This document shows, piece after piece, positions 1 to 11,408 of a stretch of 64,000 nt of DNA. Made by a program: the position numbers and the translations under genes. Under the pieces are notes generated by a model. It worked only from the letters and a program-made list of their open reading frames with translations, ran no database searches and was not told where the DNA came from. The stretch's first letter is position 1; each line of letters begins with the position of its first letter. Source of the stretch: Octopus sinensis (lineage: Eukaryota); contig NC_042998.1 in assembly GCF_006345805.1 (NCBI RefSeq), positions 113,212,001 to 113,276,000 on the forward strand, read 5' to 3'.

Positions 1-221
1 TCAGAGAAGAATTATTAAAGATTTTCATTGTCAATAACGACAAAGTGAAATCAGCTCCATAAGTTGGGTGATAGTGACACTATTTGAAATACTTTTATAA
101 TTTTAGGACATGTCAGCGTGCCGAATGCCATTGGTACGAAAAATTAATTAAACATTCCTTAATTTTACAGTGTTTTTGTTAATATTAGTGATGAAAATGT
201 ACGTAACTTCTCAAGGGTGGT

Positions 222-400
222 TGAGAGCTAGCTGAATGGTTCCAGCGCTGGGTAAAATGCATAGTGGCATTTCGTCCGAGTTTTGAGTTCAAATTCCGCT
301 GAGGTCGACTTTGCCTTTTATCCATTCGGGATCGATGGTATCGATTAACCCCCTCCCTCAAAACTTTCAGTCCCTGTACATGTTGTAGAAAGGATAACTT
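222..400 (+). mobile_element. Degenerate copy of SINE family A (tRNA-like head, conserved central domain)
   Basis: Contains gagttcaaattccgctgaggtcgactttgccttttatccattcgggatcgat, the core shared by many copies in the window. Confidence 0.7.
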
Positions 401-769
401 ATATTAACTAGTAACTAGACTGAGCTAGGCTTCTTGGCTAGCAGTAAGATGTTAAAACTGTCAAGATCCCGTCTTAGGTTGAATCTTGTTAAAACACCCG
501 CTTCAACATCGTTTATATTTGATAAATAAACTTCCATGAAGAACTTTGATAGAGAAGTTGCTTAACTAGGTTTATCGAATGGTAGAAACAGCAAAATACT
601 GGACTAACTACTACATAACATAGTAATTAATTGATTAGCCTGTTCAATTTATTGCATATGCTATTTTTGCCGTTGCGTCCATCCCTTTGTAATCGATAAA
701 GTAAATCCATATATTAGGTGGATCTAATCGATTACACAACACCGCTTCTCATTGTCCTGTGTCATAAAC

Positions 770-806
<37 letters not shown>

Positions 807-1040
807 GGCGGTGAGCTGGCAGAAACGTTAGCACGCCGGGCGAAATGCGTAGCCGTATTTCGTTTGCCGTTACGTTCTGAGTTCAAATTCCGCCGAGGTC
901 GACTTTGCCTTTCATCCTTTCGGGGTCGAAAAATTAAGTACCAGTTACGCACTGGGTCGATGTAATCGACTTAATCCGTTTGTCTGTCCTTGTTTGTCCT
1001 CTCTGTGTTTAGCCCCTTGTGGGTTGTAAAGATATAAGTA
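807..1040 (+). mobile_element. SINE family A, least-diverged copy, CpGs intact
   Basis: ggcggtgagctggcagaaacgttagcacgccgggcgaaatgcg...gagttcaaattccgccgaggtcgactttgcctttcatcctttcggggtcg...aagtaccag; Pol III A/B-box-like head; preceded by a (TAT)n tract. Confidence 0.85.
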
Positions 1041-1049
1041 TTTCTCCCG

Positions 1050-1475
1050 TCGCCATGTTCTGAGTTCAAATTCCACCGATGTCGACTTTGCCTTTCATCC
1101 TTTCGGGGTTGATAAATTAAGCACCAGTGAAACACCGTAATCGAGTAATCCCCCCCCCAAATTTCAGGCCTTGTGCCTAAAGTAGAAAGGATTATTATTA
1201 TTATTATTATTAGTAGTAGTAGTAGTAGTTTTAGCTTGTCCCTTTCTCAGAATTGCTGGCCTTGTGCCAAAATTAGAAAGAATTATTGATATTATTTAGC
1301 GGCGAGCTGGCAGAATCATTAACTCACCGGACAAAATGCTTAGCGGCATTTTTTTCCGGCTTTATTCTAAGTTCAAATGCCGCCGATGTCAGCTCTGCTT
1401 TCCATTCTTTCGAGACATCTGAGCACTGGGGTGATATAATCGACCATCCCCCTCCAAGTTCCAGACATTGTAGTA
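1050..1475 (+). mobile_element. Two further family A SINE copies (about 1050-1195, 5'-truncated; about 1300-1475)
   Basis: Repeat of the ttctgagttcaaattc...gtcgactttgcctttcatcc core; ggcgagctggcagaatc head at ~1300; (TTA)/(TAG) tails. Confidence 0.75.
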
Positions 1476-1855
1476 GTAGTAGTGGATTAAAAAGTCATTA
1501 GAGCGTCGGAAAATGCCTTGTGGTACTTCCGGTTCTTTACGTTCTAAGTTTAAATCCCTCTAAGATGAACTTTATTTTTTTGTGGGGTCGATTCTTTCGA
1601 CTAACCCCTCTTTCAAAATTGAAATAAGTAACATTTGTTACTATTAGATAACTGCCAGAAAACTCTGCCCTGGAAGTGCTGCCGGAGGGCATTACCAGCT
1701 CGAGATGATAAATCTCTTCGGGCCCGTCCGATATACGCGCGAAGTGACGAAACTGCTCTGCACGCGCACATTGTGTCAGAGCGTTACTTTTGTCTATCAG
1801 CTGCTGTTGCAAGTGGGACAGATCTATCAACTAGGCCGAGTTCATCGTGAAGATT

Positions 1856-1976
1856 GCCGAGAAGGACGGTCAGTTTGCTCTTTTTTGACCGAGAAGGGCG
1901 GTCAGTTTGCTCTTTTTTGGCCGAGAAGGACGGTAAGTTTTCTCTTTTTTGGCCGAGAAGGACGGTCAATTTTCTC
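1856..1976. repeat. 32-bp minisatellite, about 3.8 copies
   Basis: gccgagaaggacggtcagtttgctcttttttg units start at 1856, 1888, 1920 and 1952. Confidence 0.9.
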
Positions 1977-2299
1977 TGTCTGGTAGCTATGGCGAAATAG
2001 GTTGTGGGATAAACTGAGTTAAAAGGACTGAAGACAAATTTTTCTCTTGAACCAAACTTTTCCAAGTTTCATTTAGAAAAAAAAAAGTAAAAGTGGAAAG
2101 TTAAATGCGGCTTACCCCACTCATATCCCGAGTAAATCTTGAAAAAGTGAGTGAGAGTAGCGAAGATGGTGCGCGTGAACGGGCCTGCTCTGAGCATTTG
2201 GCTATAGGCTGGAGAACGACAGCTAGGAAAGGGCACCTATCCTCGAGATCAAGGTAATCCAGGTTGTGGGGCGTTTTTGAGTACCTTTTTTAGATTTAT

Positions 2300-2460
2300 A
2301 TCTCATGGTATTTCTTCCGGCTCTTTATGTTCTAAGTTCAAATTCCACAGAGGTCAATTTTGCCTGTATCCCTCCGCAATCGATAAAATTAAGTACCACT
2401 CCATATTTGGATGTGATTTAATCGACTAACTACTCCTCTGGCCTTTTGCCGATGTTAGAA
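2300..2460 (+). mobile_element. Family A SINE fragment
   Basis: gttctaagttcaaattccacagaggtcaattttgcc...gataaaattaagtaccac core. Confidence 0.65.
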
Positions 2461-5400
2461 ATAATTATTACTCTATGAGCGATCTCGGACGCTCCCAACA
2501 TACGTTTCAGATCACGCATTTAGCTGTTTTGCATTCATTTTAAGGACACTTGAAGCTGTAAGTACGAGAAAAGTTGAGAGTTCCTTCGTGAATTAATTTT
2601 ACAAATCTGTTTCAGTTCCTGCTCGAGAAAGGAAAGTGTACAGAAGTCAATTTTATTCCCCCTTCTCCTGTTAATTGAGTGTTCAGTAAATGTATTTTAC
2701 ACTAGAATGTACTTCAAAGTAGTAGATGAAATAGAAGCTTCGTGATGAGTTTCAACGTGATACTGAAAAAACAAAAATCTCACACCCTAGTTTCCAATTC
2801 TTGTTGTTGGTTCATCCTAGGCCAGCTTCGATTGAGGAGACTCTACGATCAAAGTTGTTCAAAACCTGGCCTTCGAATCCTTTGTTTTGGTGGTGATATC
2901 CTTTTTTAAACAGTATGCGTGAGACATGATTCAATGTGTTCCCTTTCACTTGTAAGACAGCTGGGGTGTGTTTCAAGAGAGACTTAGCTGTTGTTTCTAG
3001 TGTGTGTGTATGGGGGAAGGACCACGTACAGATTCCTCGTTATTTCGACTTTGTAATGCGACATAGTTGTATTACCACTTGTGTATTAAAATTGGTAAAA
3101 ATGGACCTCCTCCCCCACCCACAAAATGTGTGAGATTTTTAGATAATGTAAGAAATTCTAATTTAAGCTCAAACCATGGTCATATTGTGCAATTTTTTTG
3201 TTTTTGTATAGTTGAAAATGACATTTCTTCGTTGACAACAATAATTAACTTTATTTCTTTTGCTGTTCTTTCTTTTTCGCACACTTTCCTTGCTGGTCTT
3301 TATTTGTTAAGTTTTACGAGAAAAAAGCCCATTTAGTTAGGTTAATCAACGGCACAGAATAATTAATGTCACTAAGTGAAATTTGAATTCTCATCTCTTT
3401 ACATGCAGCAATTTCTAATCTTCAAGGATCCTTAGATTCCATAAGCTATTGTTTACATAAAATCACTTAATACCTTATGCAAGAATTACAGCGTTATTAT
3501 TAATAAGGTAAATTGTTTCCTCAGATATGTGTGTATTAGTAAACTACACCCACGAGTTATAAACTATAAACTGTCTACACTAAAATTTCATATTTTATAC
3601 ATATCCTTATTTCTGAAAAGCATAACATTCGATCACATGTGGTGACAAGCAGAATAATACTGACGAAGACGTATTTTATTTTCAAAGATACTTGGGGGTT
3701 AGTGTATTTCCCCCAGCTAATGACTTTCTGTCTTAAATAGATGAGAGATTGTATTAGGGATTATGTAAACCAACTAATCATATTTTCTGTGAAATATTCA
3801 TGATTATCTCTAAAAAAAATTCGTCCCAACCCTCTTTTTTCCCCTATAACGGTGGTCATCATCTGACGCGTTGAAATCCTACGTTTTATAAAATGTGATC
3901 ATTTCTGCTTTGATGCATAACTTTATAGATCTTCATAACATTGCTTCATTATATTAAAGATTTTGATTATGCTGTCAGTTTTGTTACATAGCTGAAAGTA
4001 TTAAAAGCCTAACACTCGAACACATTTCAGGACAATCAGAACAGTAAGTAGACGCGCGTGCGAAGGCTTACCATTTATAGTATAACATATACTGAATCTT
4101 GAGAATAAGTCATTATATATCCAGGGTCCCAGTCTCTTTAAACTATAATAAATACCTATCCACTTTTGCTATTACGACTTAGGTACCACCACACACTCAC
4201 TGTTCACATAGTAAATTTAGGTTTAGACAGGGATATGACGCGAGTAATTGCGTGAGTTTGTATCCGATTTGTGCACATTCTAGTGTCGAAAGGGACAAAT
4301 TTGCTCATCGGACATGACACCAGGACGTATGGTAAATTTCCCTCTGCGCGCGCGCGCGCCCTGTCGCAGACTACCCCAGCAAAATAATGTGAATTCAATG
4401 ACAGTATAACAGATTATAGAGAAAAAGGACGAGTGGCAGTTTATAACAGTGTGAGACTATCTATAACAATTTGATAATTTAATCTGTTTATAACGTATTC
4501 GATAAGTTAAATGATGACATGCTACTTACGACTAGAAATATAATAAATATGAATACTTCTTTAGCAGGAATCTGTGGTGATAAACCAGTCACTTACAACT
4601 TAATTATAAAGTATTTGATCACCACCATACATAAATTCTAGCTCAGCCTATGAAAACGCTGTGGTGCGTTATATACACCAGGACGCTGAACGTGCATGTT
4701 TTCATCGCTATAATAGCTGTTTCAATAAGTACAGAAATGTTTTCTTAATAGGTTAAAGAAATAAAGATAAAGAAATCCTATACTAAATTTATTTACGTGC
4801 ATTTAATAATATTTACAATTCATTTTAAAAAAGAAAACTGTCGTACAGAGTTTACGACATAAAAATTGGATTATCTAGTGCTTTCTTCATAACTAAGCTA
4901 CGAAGAGTTTTAAAGAAACAATTCAATATAGCATTATTGAATTAAACAAAATACTTAGCTTCGTTATAACCATCTCATGAAAGTGGGTGTCGTGGGATCA
5001 TGTTAGACGACCAGCGAACACCGATTTATTTCCCCCAAAATCGGGGTTTTTATAACTGCTGATATCTGAATTCTAAGAACCGTATTTCGCGAAAGAATTC
5101 TCTTTGACGAAAGTTAGAATTCAAATATGGACAGTAATCTTAACCGATGGAAAAACTAATAATTACACACATTCGGTCCAACATGACAATGACGTCATAT
5201 CACCACCGATAGAAGTTTAAGGCTTGCTTCAACAGCATTTCAAATTTGACAGAACTTCTCTTGGTTTCTTTCCATTTGTCTAAGAATGTTTTCACTTTAC
5301 ATCATTGCCGGGTACATCAGTTGAAAAAATATAACTTGTAAATAATAATAAAAAAAACCATCTTTCGTTTTGAGTAAACATGCGTTTACTGTTATACTGA

Positions 5401-5599
5401 TGAAGAAGTCTAATGAAAACCAAAACATACGTCTAGCTGTTTGCCTTACATTACAAGCAAGCATTAATTTTTTCTTTGTAAGCATAAAAGTTGACATTTT
5501 GGTGAAATTGATTCGTGAATTCTTTAAATTATATTATTCTCCTCTTAGAGTTCTTACTTAATTATTGGTAGGTTGTCTTTAAGGAAGCTATACATCAGT

Positions 5600-6147
5600 T
5601 TCTTGCTCGACGCCTTTTCTGGAAGGAAGAAATAAACACTCGTAATGTTTACAAAGTTTTACGAATTTAAGACGCTCAGAAATCGAGCGAGCGGGTGGTG
5701 GTGGCTAAGAAGAACACATTCCTAGTGGTATAATTTTCATTTATTCTTGTAATTGCACTAAGAAATGAATGCGGAATTTCCATTTTACCCAGTATACTGC
5801 AAAATTTTTAACGCTTTCACTAATCTAAAAGTTTTCGCTTTTGTTGATGGGTATGAATTTTCAACGTTTGACGGGCGCGGATGAATTTTTATTTTAGACG
5901 CCGTGCTGCGGCCAGTTTTGTTTGTCATTAGAAATTTTTCTGGTGTAATTTAAGAGGGATTTTTTTTTTAATTCGTTGTTTATTTTTATTGCTTTGTTGT
6001 GCATTTTTTGTTATTGTTTACTTCACGATAGACTTTCCTGCGGTTGCTTTTAACCTACTTGAAATCGGAGCCAAAATCTATAATATGATCGAGCCTTCCT
6101 GTTTTAACAAAATTCTAAATGTTCTGATACATCTACTCACCCCCATC
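5600..6147 (+). promoter_or_regulatory. Putative promoter/5'UTR of the ZNF292-family gene
   Basis: CpG-retaining, repeat-poor unique sequence directly upstream of the candidate first coding exon and of the switch to CpG-depleted gene body; no TSS evidence. Confidence 0.4.
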
Positions 6148-6307
6148 ATGGACAATACAAAAATGACTCCCTGTATACATATATCACAAAATTATATTCA
6201 TACTTGCGCCCTTGTGACGAGCAAGCCGACCGCATCACGACGTCTAAGAAAATTCTTCCGCCGTCACCACACAAAGTAATAGTGAATATTAGCTACGTTT
6301 TGATAAA
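6148..6307 (+). CDS. ZNF292-like: Candidate exon 1 of the ZNF292/RLF/ZNF654-family gene, frame-disrupted as written
   Basis: ATG at 6148. The last frame reads ENSSAVTTQSNSEY*LRFDK into a phase-0 GT donor (6308). This resembles the (D/E)YCxxFCQ| end of vertebrate exon 1 and fits phase-0 exon 2. It needs frameshifts and has a TAG at 6290-6292. Confidence 0.4.
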
Positions 6308-6338
6308 GTAAAAGGATGCGCGTTTTAATCATGGATTG

Positions 6339-6339
6339 C

Positions 6340-6420
<81 letters not shown>
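6339..6420. repeat. Compound (CT)n(CA)n(TA)n microsatellite
   Basis: Seen directly. Confidence 0.95.
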
Positions 6421-6421
<1 letters not shown>

Positions 6422-6679
6422 GGAAAGCGGACGTTAAACGATGATGAACGATGATACATCAATCCTGTATCTTTAGTTTGTTGTGGTGACTTTTTCAGAT
6501 TTTATGAAAATAACTACGCTATTCTATCGTCTCTGAAATTCAACTGCGAGAGAACTGTTCCGGAAAGTTTTTTTTTAGCACAAAATATTTCAGCGATATC
6601 AATTTTGAGGGCTCATCTTTTCTGGATTTCTTTGTTTTAATATACATTTATTATTCAAAGAGGTCGCTGGCCTTGTGCG

Positions 6680-7320
6680 CCTAAATTTAGAAACCCTTTT
6701 TATTTACATTTTTTTCCTCCATCTAATTTTTACATTCGAAGCTCAGTTTCCACCGAAGTTGACTTCACTTTTTGGAAAGACTTTCCTCCCCCAGCCCCAT
6801 TTTCTTACAAATTTTTTTTATTTTTTATTTTTTTGCCAAAAAACCCCGTTTTCGGATACGGAGGTTCCAGAAAATTGCCAAAAATCGGCATTGTAAAATT
6901 CCCCCCACTAAAAAATTCGTAAATTTTGACTTTGTTCCCCAACACTAACCCTAAAAACTCCAACCCTAACCCTAAAACCCTGACCCTAACTGTAACTACA
7001 GGAAAAAAAAAAAAAATTTTTTTTACTTTTACAAAAACTTTTGGAAATTTTGGTTTCAGAATCATAATCTCCGTATTTTTCTGCATATTTAAAAGAACAA
7101 TCTGAAAAAATGTAAAAAACGAAGGAAGTGGGGGTGATAATTTAAAAATGCCAATTTTTGCCAATTGGTATTCCCCGTTGCAGAAAAGTGGGGGAGGTTG
7201 TGTTGAAAAAAAAAATGTAAAAAAAAAGGGTGGTTTTTGGGAGGTGGACAGGAGGTCTTGCCCACCTCTTTTCCTCAGGGCTTGATAAAATGTAATCGGC
7301 TTGCCCCCTCTCCACAAAAT
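6680..7320. repeat. Homopolymer-rich interspersed repeat with degenerate CCCTAA-like units (possible Helitron/Helentron-type element; possibly low-quality consensus)
   Basis: ctaaccctaaaaactccaaccctaaccctaaaaccctgaccctaactgtaac at ~6945-6998; unusually many runs of 4-14 identical bases. Confidence 0.45.
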
Positions 7321-7371
7321 TTCATGCCTTGTGCCTATAACACAAAGGATTATTATTATTATTATTATTAA

Positions 7372-7790
7372 GGTGGTGAGCTGACAGAATTGTTAGCACG
7401 CCAGGCAAAATGCTTAGCAGCATTTCGTCCGTTCTTACGTTCTGAATTCAAATTCTGCTGAGGTTGACATTACCTTTCATCCTTTTGGGTTCGATAAATT
7501 AAGTACCAGTGAAACACTGGAGTCAATATAATCAACTAGCCCCGCTCCCCCATAATTCAGGTCTTGCACCTTTAGTAAAAAGGATTATTATTATGTTGAG
7601 TGGTGGATTGGTAGAATCACAAGAACTTTAGGAAAATGTTTTTACAGTAGCTATTTGGCTTTTATATTCTGAGATTAAATCCCACTGAAGTCAGCTTTGC
7701 CTTTCATCCTACTATTGGTCTATAAAAAAATTTTTTTAAATACCAGTCAAAAACTAGGGTCAATTTAATCGACTTATTCCCTCTCTGAAA
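7372..7790 (+). mobile_element. Two tandem family A SINE copies
   Basis: ggtggtgagctgacagaattgttagcacgccagg...aagtaccagtgaaacactgg, then a more decayed copy from ~7600. Confidence 0.75.
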
Positions 7791-7904
7791 ACTTCTGTTA
7801 AAAATATTTTTAAAGGAAATTAGAAGTTGTTGCATGTTTGAAATAAATGGGACTAGAGTGTCCTGAGCACTATTACTTCTTATCGAATATATGTGAGGGG
7901 TTTT

Positions 7905-8063
7905 CATACACTCTCAGAGTGGTTGGCATTAGGAAGAGCATCCAACTGTAGAAATCATGCCAAATCCAACTGGAGCTTGGTGCAGCCTCTCAGCTTACCA
8001 GCCCTAGTCAAACCGTCCAACCCATGCCAGCATGGACAGCAGATGCTAAATGATGATGATGAT
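7905..8063 (+). mobile_element. Family B element 3' end (RTE-type tail ending in (GAT)n)
   Basis: gagtggttggcattaggaagagcatccaactgtag...ccgtccaacccatgccagcatgg...aaatgatgatgatgat. Confidence 0.8.
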
Positions 8064-9430
8064 ACTGTTTGATTAAAAAAGATTACCTGAAAAAATTTAA
8101 TTTGATACTTAGATAAACTCCTATCTGATAGCCCCTCTTTTTTTTTTTTCCTGTCAAAATAGTGCTTATCAACCAAAGATGCATGGTGTAAAATGTGAAT
8201 TTTATTTATATTTCTGCGATTTGGTTGTGTTATTGATATGGGGAAGCTGATGTTTGTTACTGGGTATTAAAGGAAATGCAATTTGATGAAGGACCTTTAA
8301 TAGATCTTGTTAAATAGAGATCTGTATAAAGTTGAAAGAGTAACATTTCATATTGGAATTATGAAATCATGTCTATTGAAATAACAAATATTTTAAATTC
8401 TGAATGAACCTAATGACCGATCTTTCAAATTATTGCTAAATATTTTTTCATTTTTTTTTTAATGAATTAATCATGGGAGGAGGGGCAGACCCCATGAGCG
8501 AATTCTACTAAAAGCACTTGAAGATCAGGTTGTATATTAGGTTCAGTACCCCTAAATTTGAAAATTCAAGATGTTATTGAGAGAGCTATGTTGATATACA
8601 GTAAAATTTAAAACAGATATTTGTTCACATATTTTGGAGAAAAGTCAAACATCCCTAAAAATTTTGGGTTTCAGATAATCTGATACTTATAGAAGGCTCA
8701 AGTCAGTAATACATAATTCATTGCCATTGACTTGTTGAAATCTATAATTTAGTGAAGACATTGATTTGGTATGGAAGAATTTCAGTTCATTCACAGCATC
8801 ATGTAATTTTATGTTAATTTTTTTGCTTTTTTTTATGAATTTCGCTATACCTGGTTAATTAATAGAAAATATTAATTATAAGCCATGAGACATTGTTTTT
8901 ATATTTGGCCTTTTATACTTCTATACAGTAAATAAAGCTAAGCTATGGCTATTGTCTGCCTTTATAATTAATTTTAATAATCAATTTGTTTTCTATTTTC
9001 TCTTCCCTGTATTTTATAGTTGTGTGTTTGTGTGTAGTAACTTCGTGGTGTATTTGTTGTATATGTGTTGTAGGAGGGATACTGTGTGTGAGTGTGTAGG
9101 ATGCTGTATTGGTTTGTGCTTTTGCGTCCAATTTTACTCTCTTTTTCTGTATAAGGACAAGAGTCCAAAATACTAGACTTCTTCCTCACAGCATACAGCA
9201 TATTCCACTGAACTATTTTAGTAATTTTTGGTTGCACAAAACCTATCTTGTTTCTACTGTTTTGCTTTATTGTGTTCTTTCATCATTAGCAACAACACTG
9301 TTACCATCATTGTTTTAAATGTTTAGGTTGAATGCTGTATTTCAACTCTTTGTGCACTCTATTCCAGTGGTTTCTAATCTGTGAGCTCATTAGTCTATGT
9401 TTAATATTGATTTTAAATTTTGGTTCAAAG

Positions 9431-9625
9431 CCAGCAATTTCTGGGGAGGGGATAAGTCAGTGACACCAACACCAGTGTTCCTCGGGTATTTATTTTCCTT
9501 GACCCCCAAAAGGATGAAAGACAAAGTGGACCTCGGCAGAATTTGAGCTCAGAACGTAAAGACAGACGAAATACCACTAAGCATTTTGCCCACCGTGCTA
9601 CCAATTCTGCCAGTTCACCACCTTA
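9431..9625 (-). mobile_element. Family A SINE, reverse orientation
   Basis: aaggatgaaagacaaagtggacctcggcagaatttgagctcagaac...ctgccagttcaccacctta is the reverse complement of head and core. Confidence 0.8.
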
Positions 9626-11190
9626 GGCTGTCAGTAGATAACAGAAGTTATCAATATTTCAAATGGTCTTTTTTGTTTGCCTACTCAAACACTTCAGTTT
9701 ATCTATAATATAGTAAAAGTTTAATTCTTAATGCTAACTGCTCAACTACAGTGATGCGTTAATAAGAATAGTGCAATATTTACAGTAGGGCTTAAATTTA
9801 TTATAGTATAAGGTTTATTATGCCTGTGGTACAACTTGCATCTTGATGTACTCTACAGTTTATATTTATGCAACAAAACCTCCATAAACTAGAAACCAGT
9901 ACACAAATATAATCCTTTCTAGAATTAAAATACCAGTGAAGGATAATCCTGCAATATGGTATATAATATATATATATATATAAGAAAGAAAGAAAGATAC
10001 CACAAACCAAGAACTTCTAAAACAAGTTTAAACCCACAAGAACTAGAATTTCAATTAACAACTTTTGTTTTAGATGCTGTACTGCAGCCGGTTTTGTTTG
10101 TCATTAGAAATATTAAATACAAATGGTTCACAATTAACTACACACACCAAATGTATACATCCCATCTTCAGCTGTCCATTTGATATTGTGTTTTCAACAC
10201 CTAGGCAGTGCCATTCAATCCAGCAGTATCTGTTAAAAACATAAAAATGCTGGCTGGGAATTAATAGACAAGAAGCAGGGGCCAAAAATTAGTGCAATAT
10301 GTCTATATTTTCACCTGCTTATTGTTACAGTACACAAACATCAAATCTCAGGCAGGGTTGGTGTCATCCAAGATAAACCTGATGTACTGATTATAAGTGT
10401 TTTCTTTACTTTGGTCAGATGAGTGTCATATGTTTATGTATAAATTTCTTTTAGCTGTTGTCATTTTTGTCTTCAAATATTTGTATGAAGTCTAGAATTG
10501 CAGTTACATGTGAGATACATGCTATAAAATGTTGATAACTGATGGTAATTATTGTGTTTTATATATTCTTGTGATGGTAGAATTCTATTTCTATAAATGT
10601 AAAACTGGAGTTGATATGGAATTAAGCTTAGTGTGCTGATGATTCAAATGAATGTGATAGTGTTCTTAAAAGGTGAACTTGGATATGATTGTTGGAACAC
10701 TGAAAAAGGATGCCTTGTAGCCTTTTCAGGCATCCAAGACTAAAGAATGGGGATGATAGCATATGATTAAATTAGCCCTTTTCTGACTATATTTCTAACT
10801 TTGTTTTAATTTTGAAAATATCAGAATGGATTTAGCAAAATAACTTTTCCATTTATTGACATGAACATAAACTCATCATAAAATCATGATGAAAGCTTGT
10901 AATTTGAATTTGAGTACTTTATTATGGTTTGTGACAGGTTAGTAGTTCCCATGACTTGGGTGATTATAAAAGATAGTTTCACTGGACTGAAGTGGTTAAT
11001 GAAAGATACTTTCATTGAGCTGGAGATATAGATAGATAGGATTGGATGAAATGTTTGATATGAAATCAAAAGTGAGAATCAAGTGAATTTATGTATAAAA
11101 ATAGGTATCTGGTATGCAGTAGAGCAGAAGCTCATTGATTACTATTTGGTGAGTCAGAAACTCAGTATACTGTATTACTGTGTAATGAGC

Positions 11191-11408
11191 TAAGGTGACA
11201 AGCTGACAGAATTGTTAGCATGCCAGACAAAATGTTTTGTGGAATTTCATCTGTCTTTGCATTCTGAGTTATAATTTCACCAAGGTGAAATTATAACTTC
11301 ATCCTTTCAGGGTTGATGAAATAAGTACCAGTTGAACATTGAGGTCAATGTAATCGATGATCTCCTCCCAAAACTTCAGGCCTTGTGCCTATATTAGAAA
11401 GGATTATT
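11191..11408 (+). mobile_element. Family A SINE, CpG-decayed intronic copy
   Basis: aaggtgacaagctgacagaattgttagcatgccagac...ttcatcctttcagggttgatgaaataagtaccag. Confidence 0.75.

Noticed and set aside
1856-1976. CRISPR-like array
   Set aside because: Head-to-tail repeats without unique spacers, in a eukaryotic context with no cas genes
4345-4358. (CG)n tract as a functional Z-DNA or promoter element
   Set aside because: Short, with no linked gene or other support visible in the window
5989-6279. 96-aa ORF as an independent gene
   Set aside because: No recognisable domain; it overlaps the candidate exon 1/5'UTR and is better explained by that
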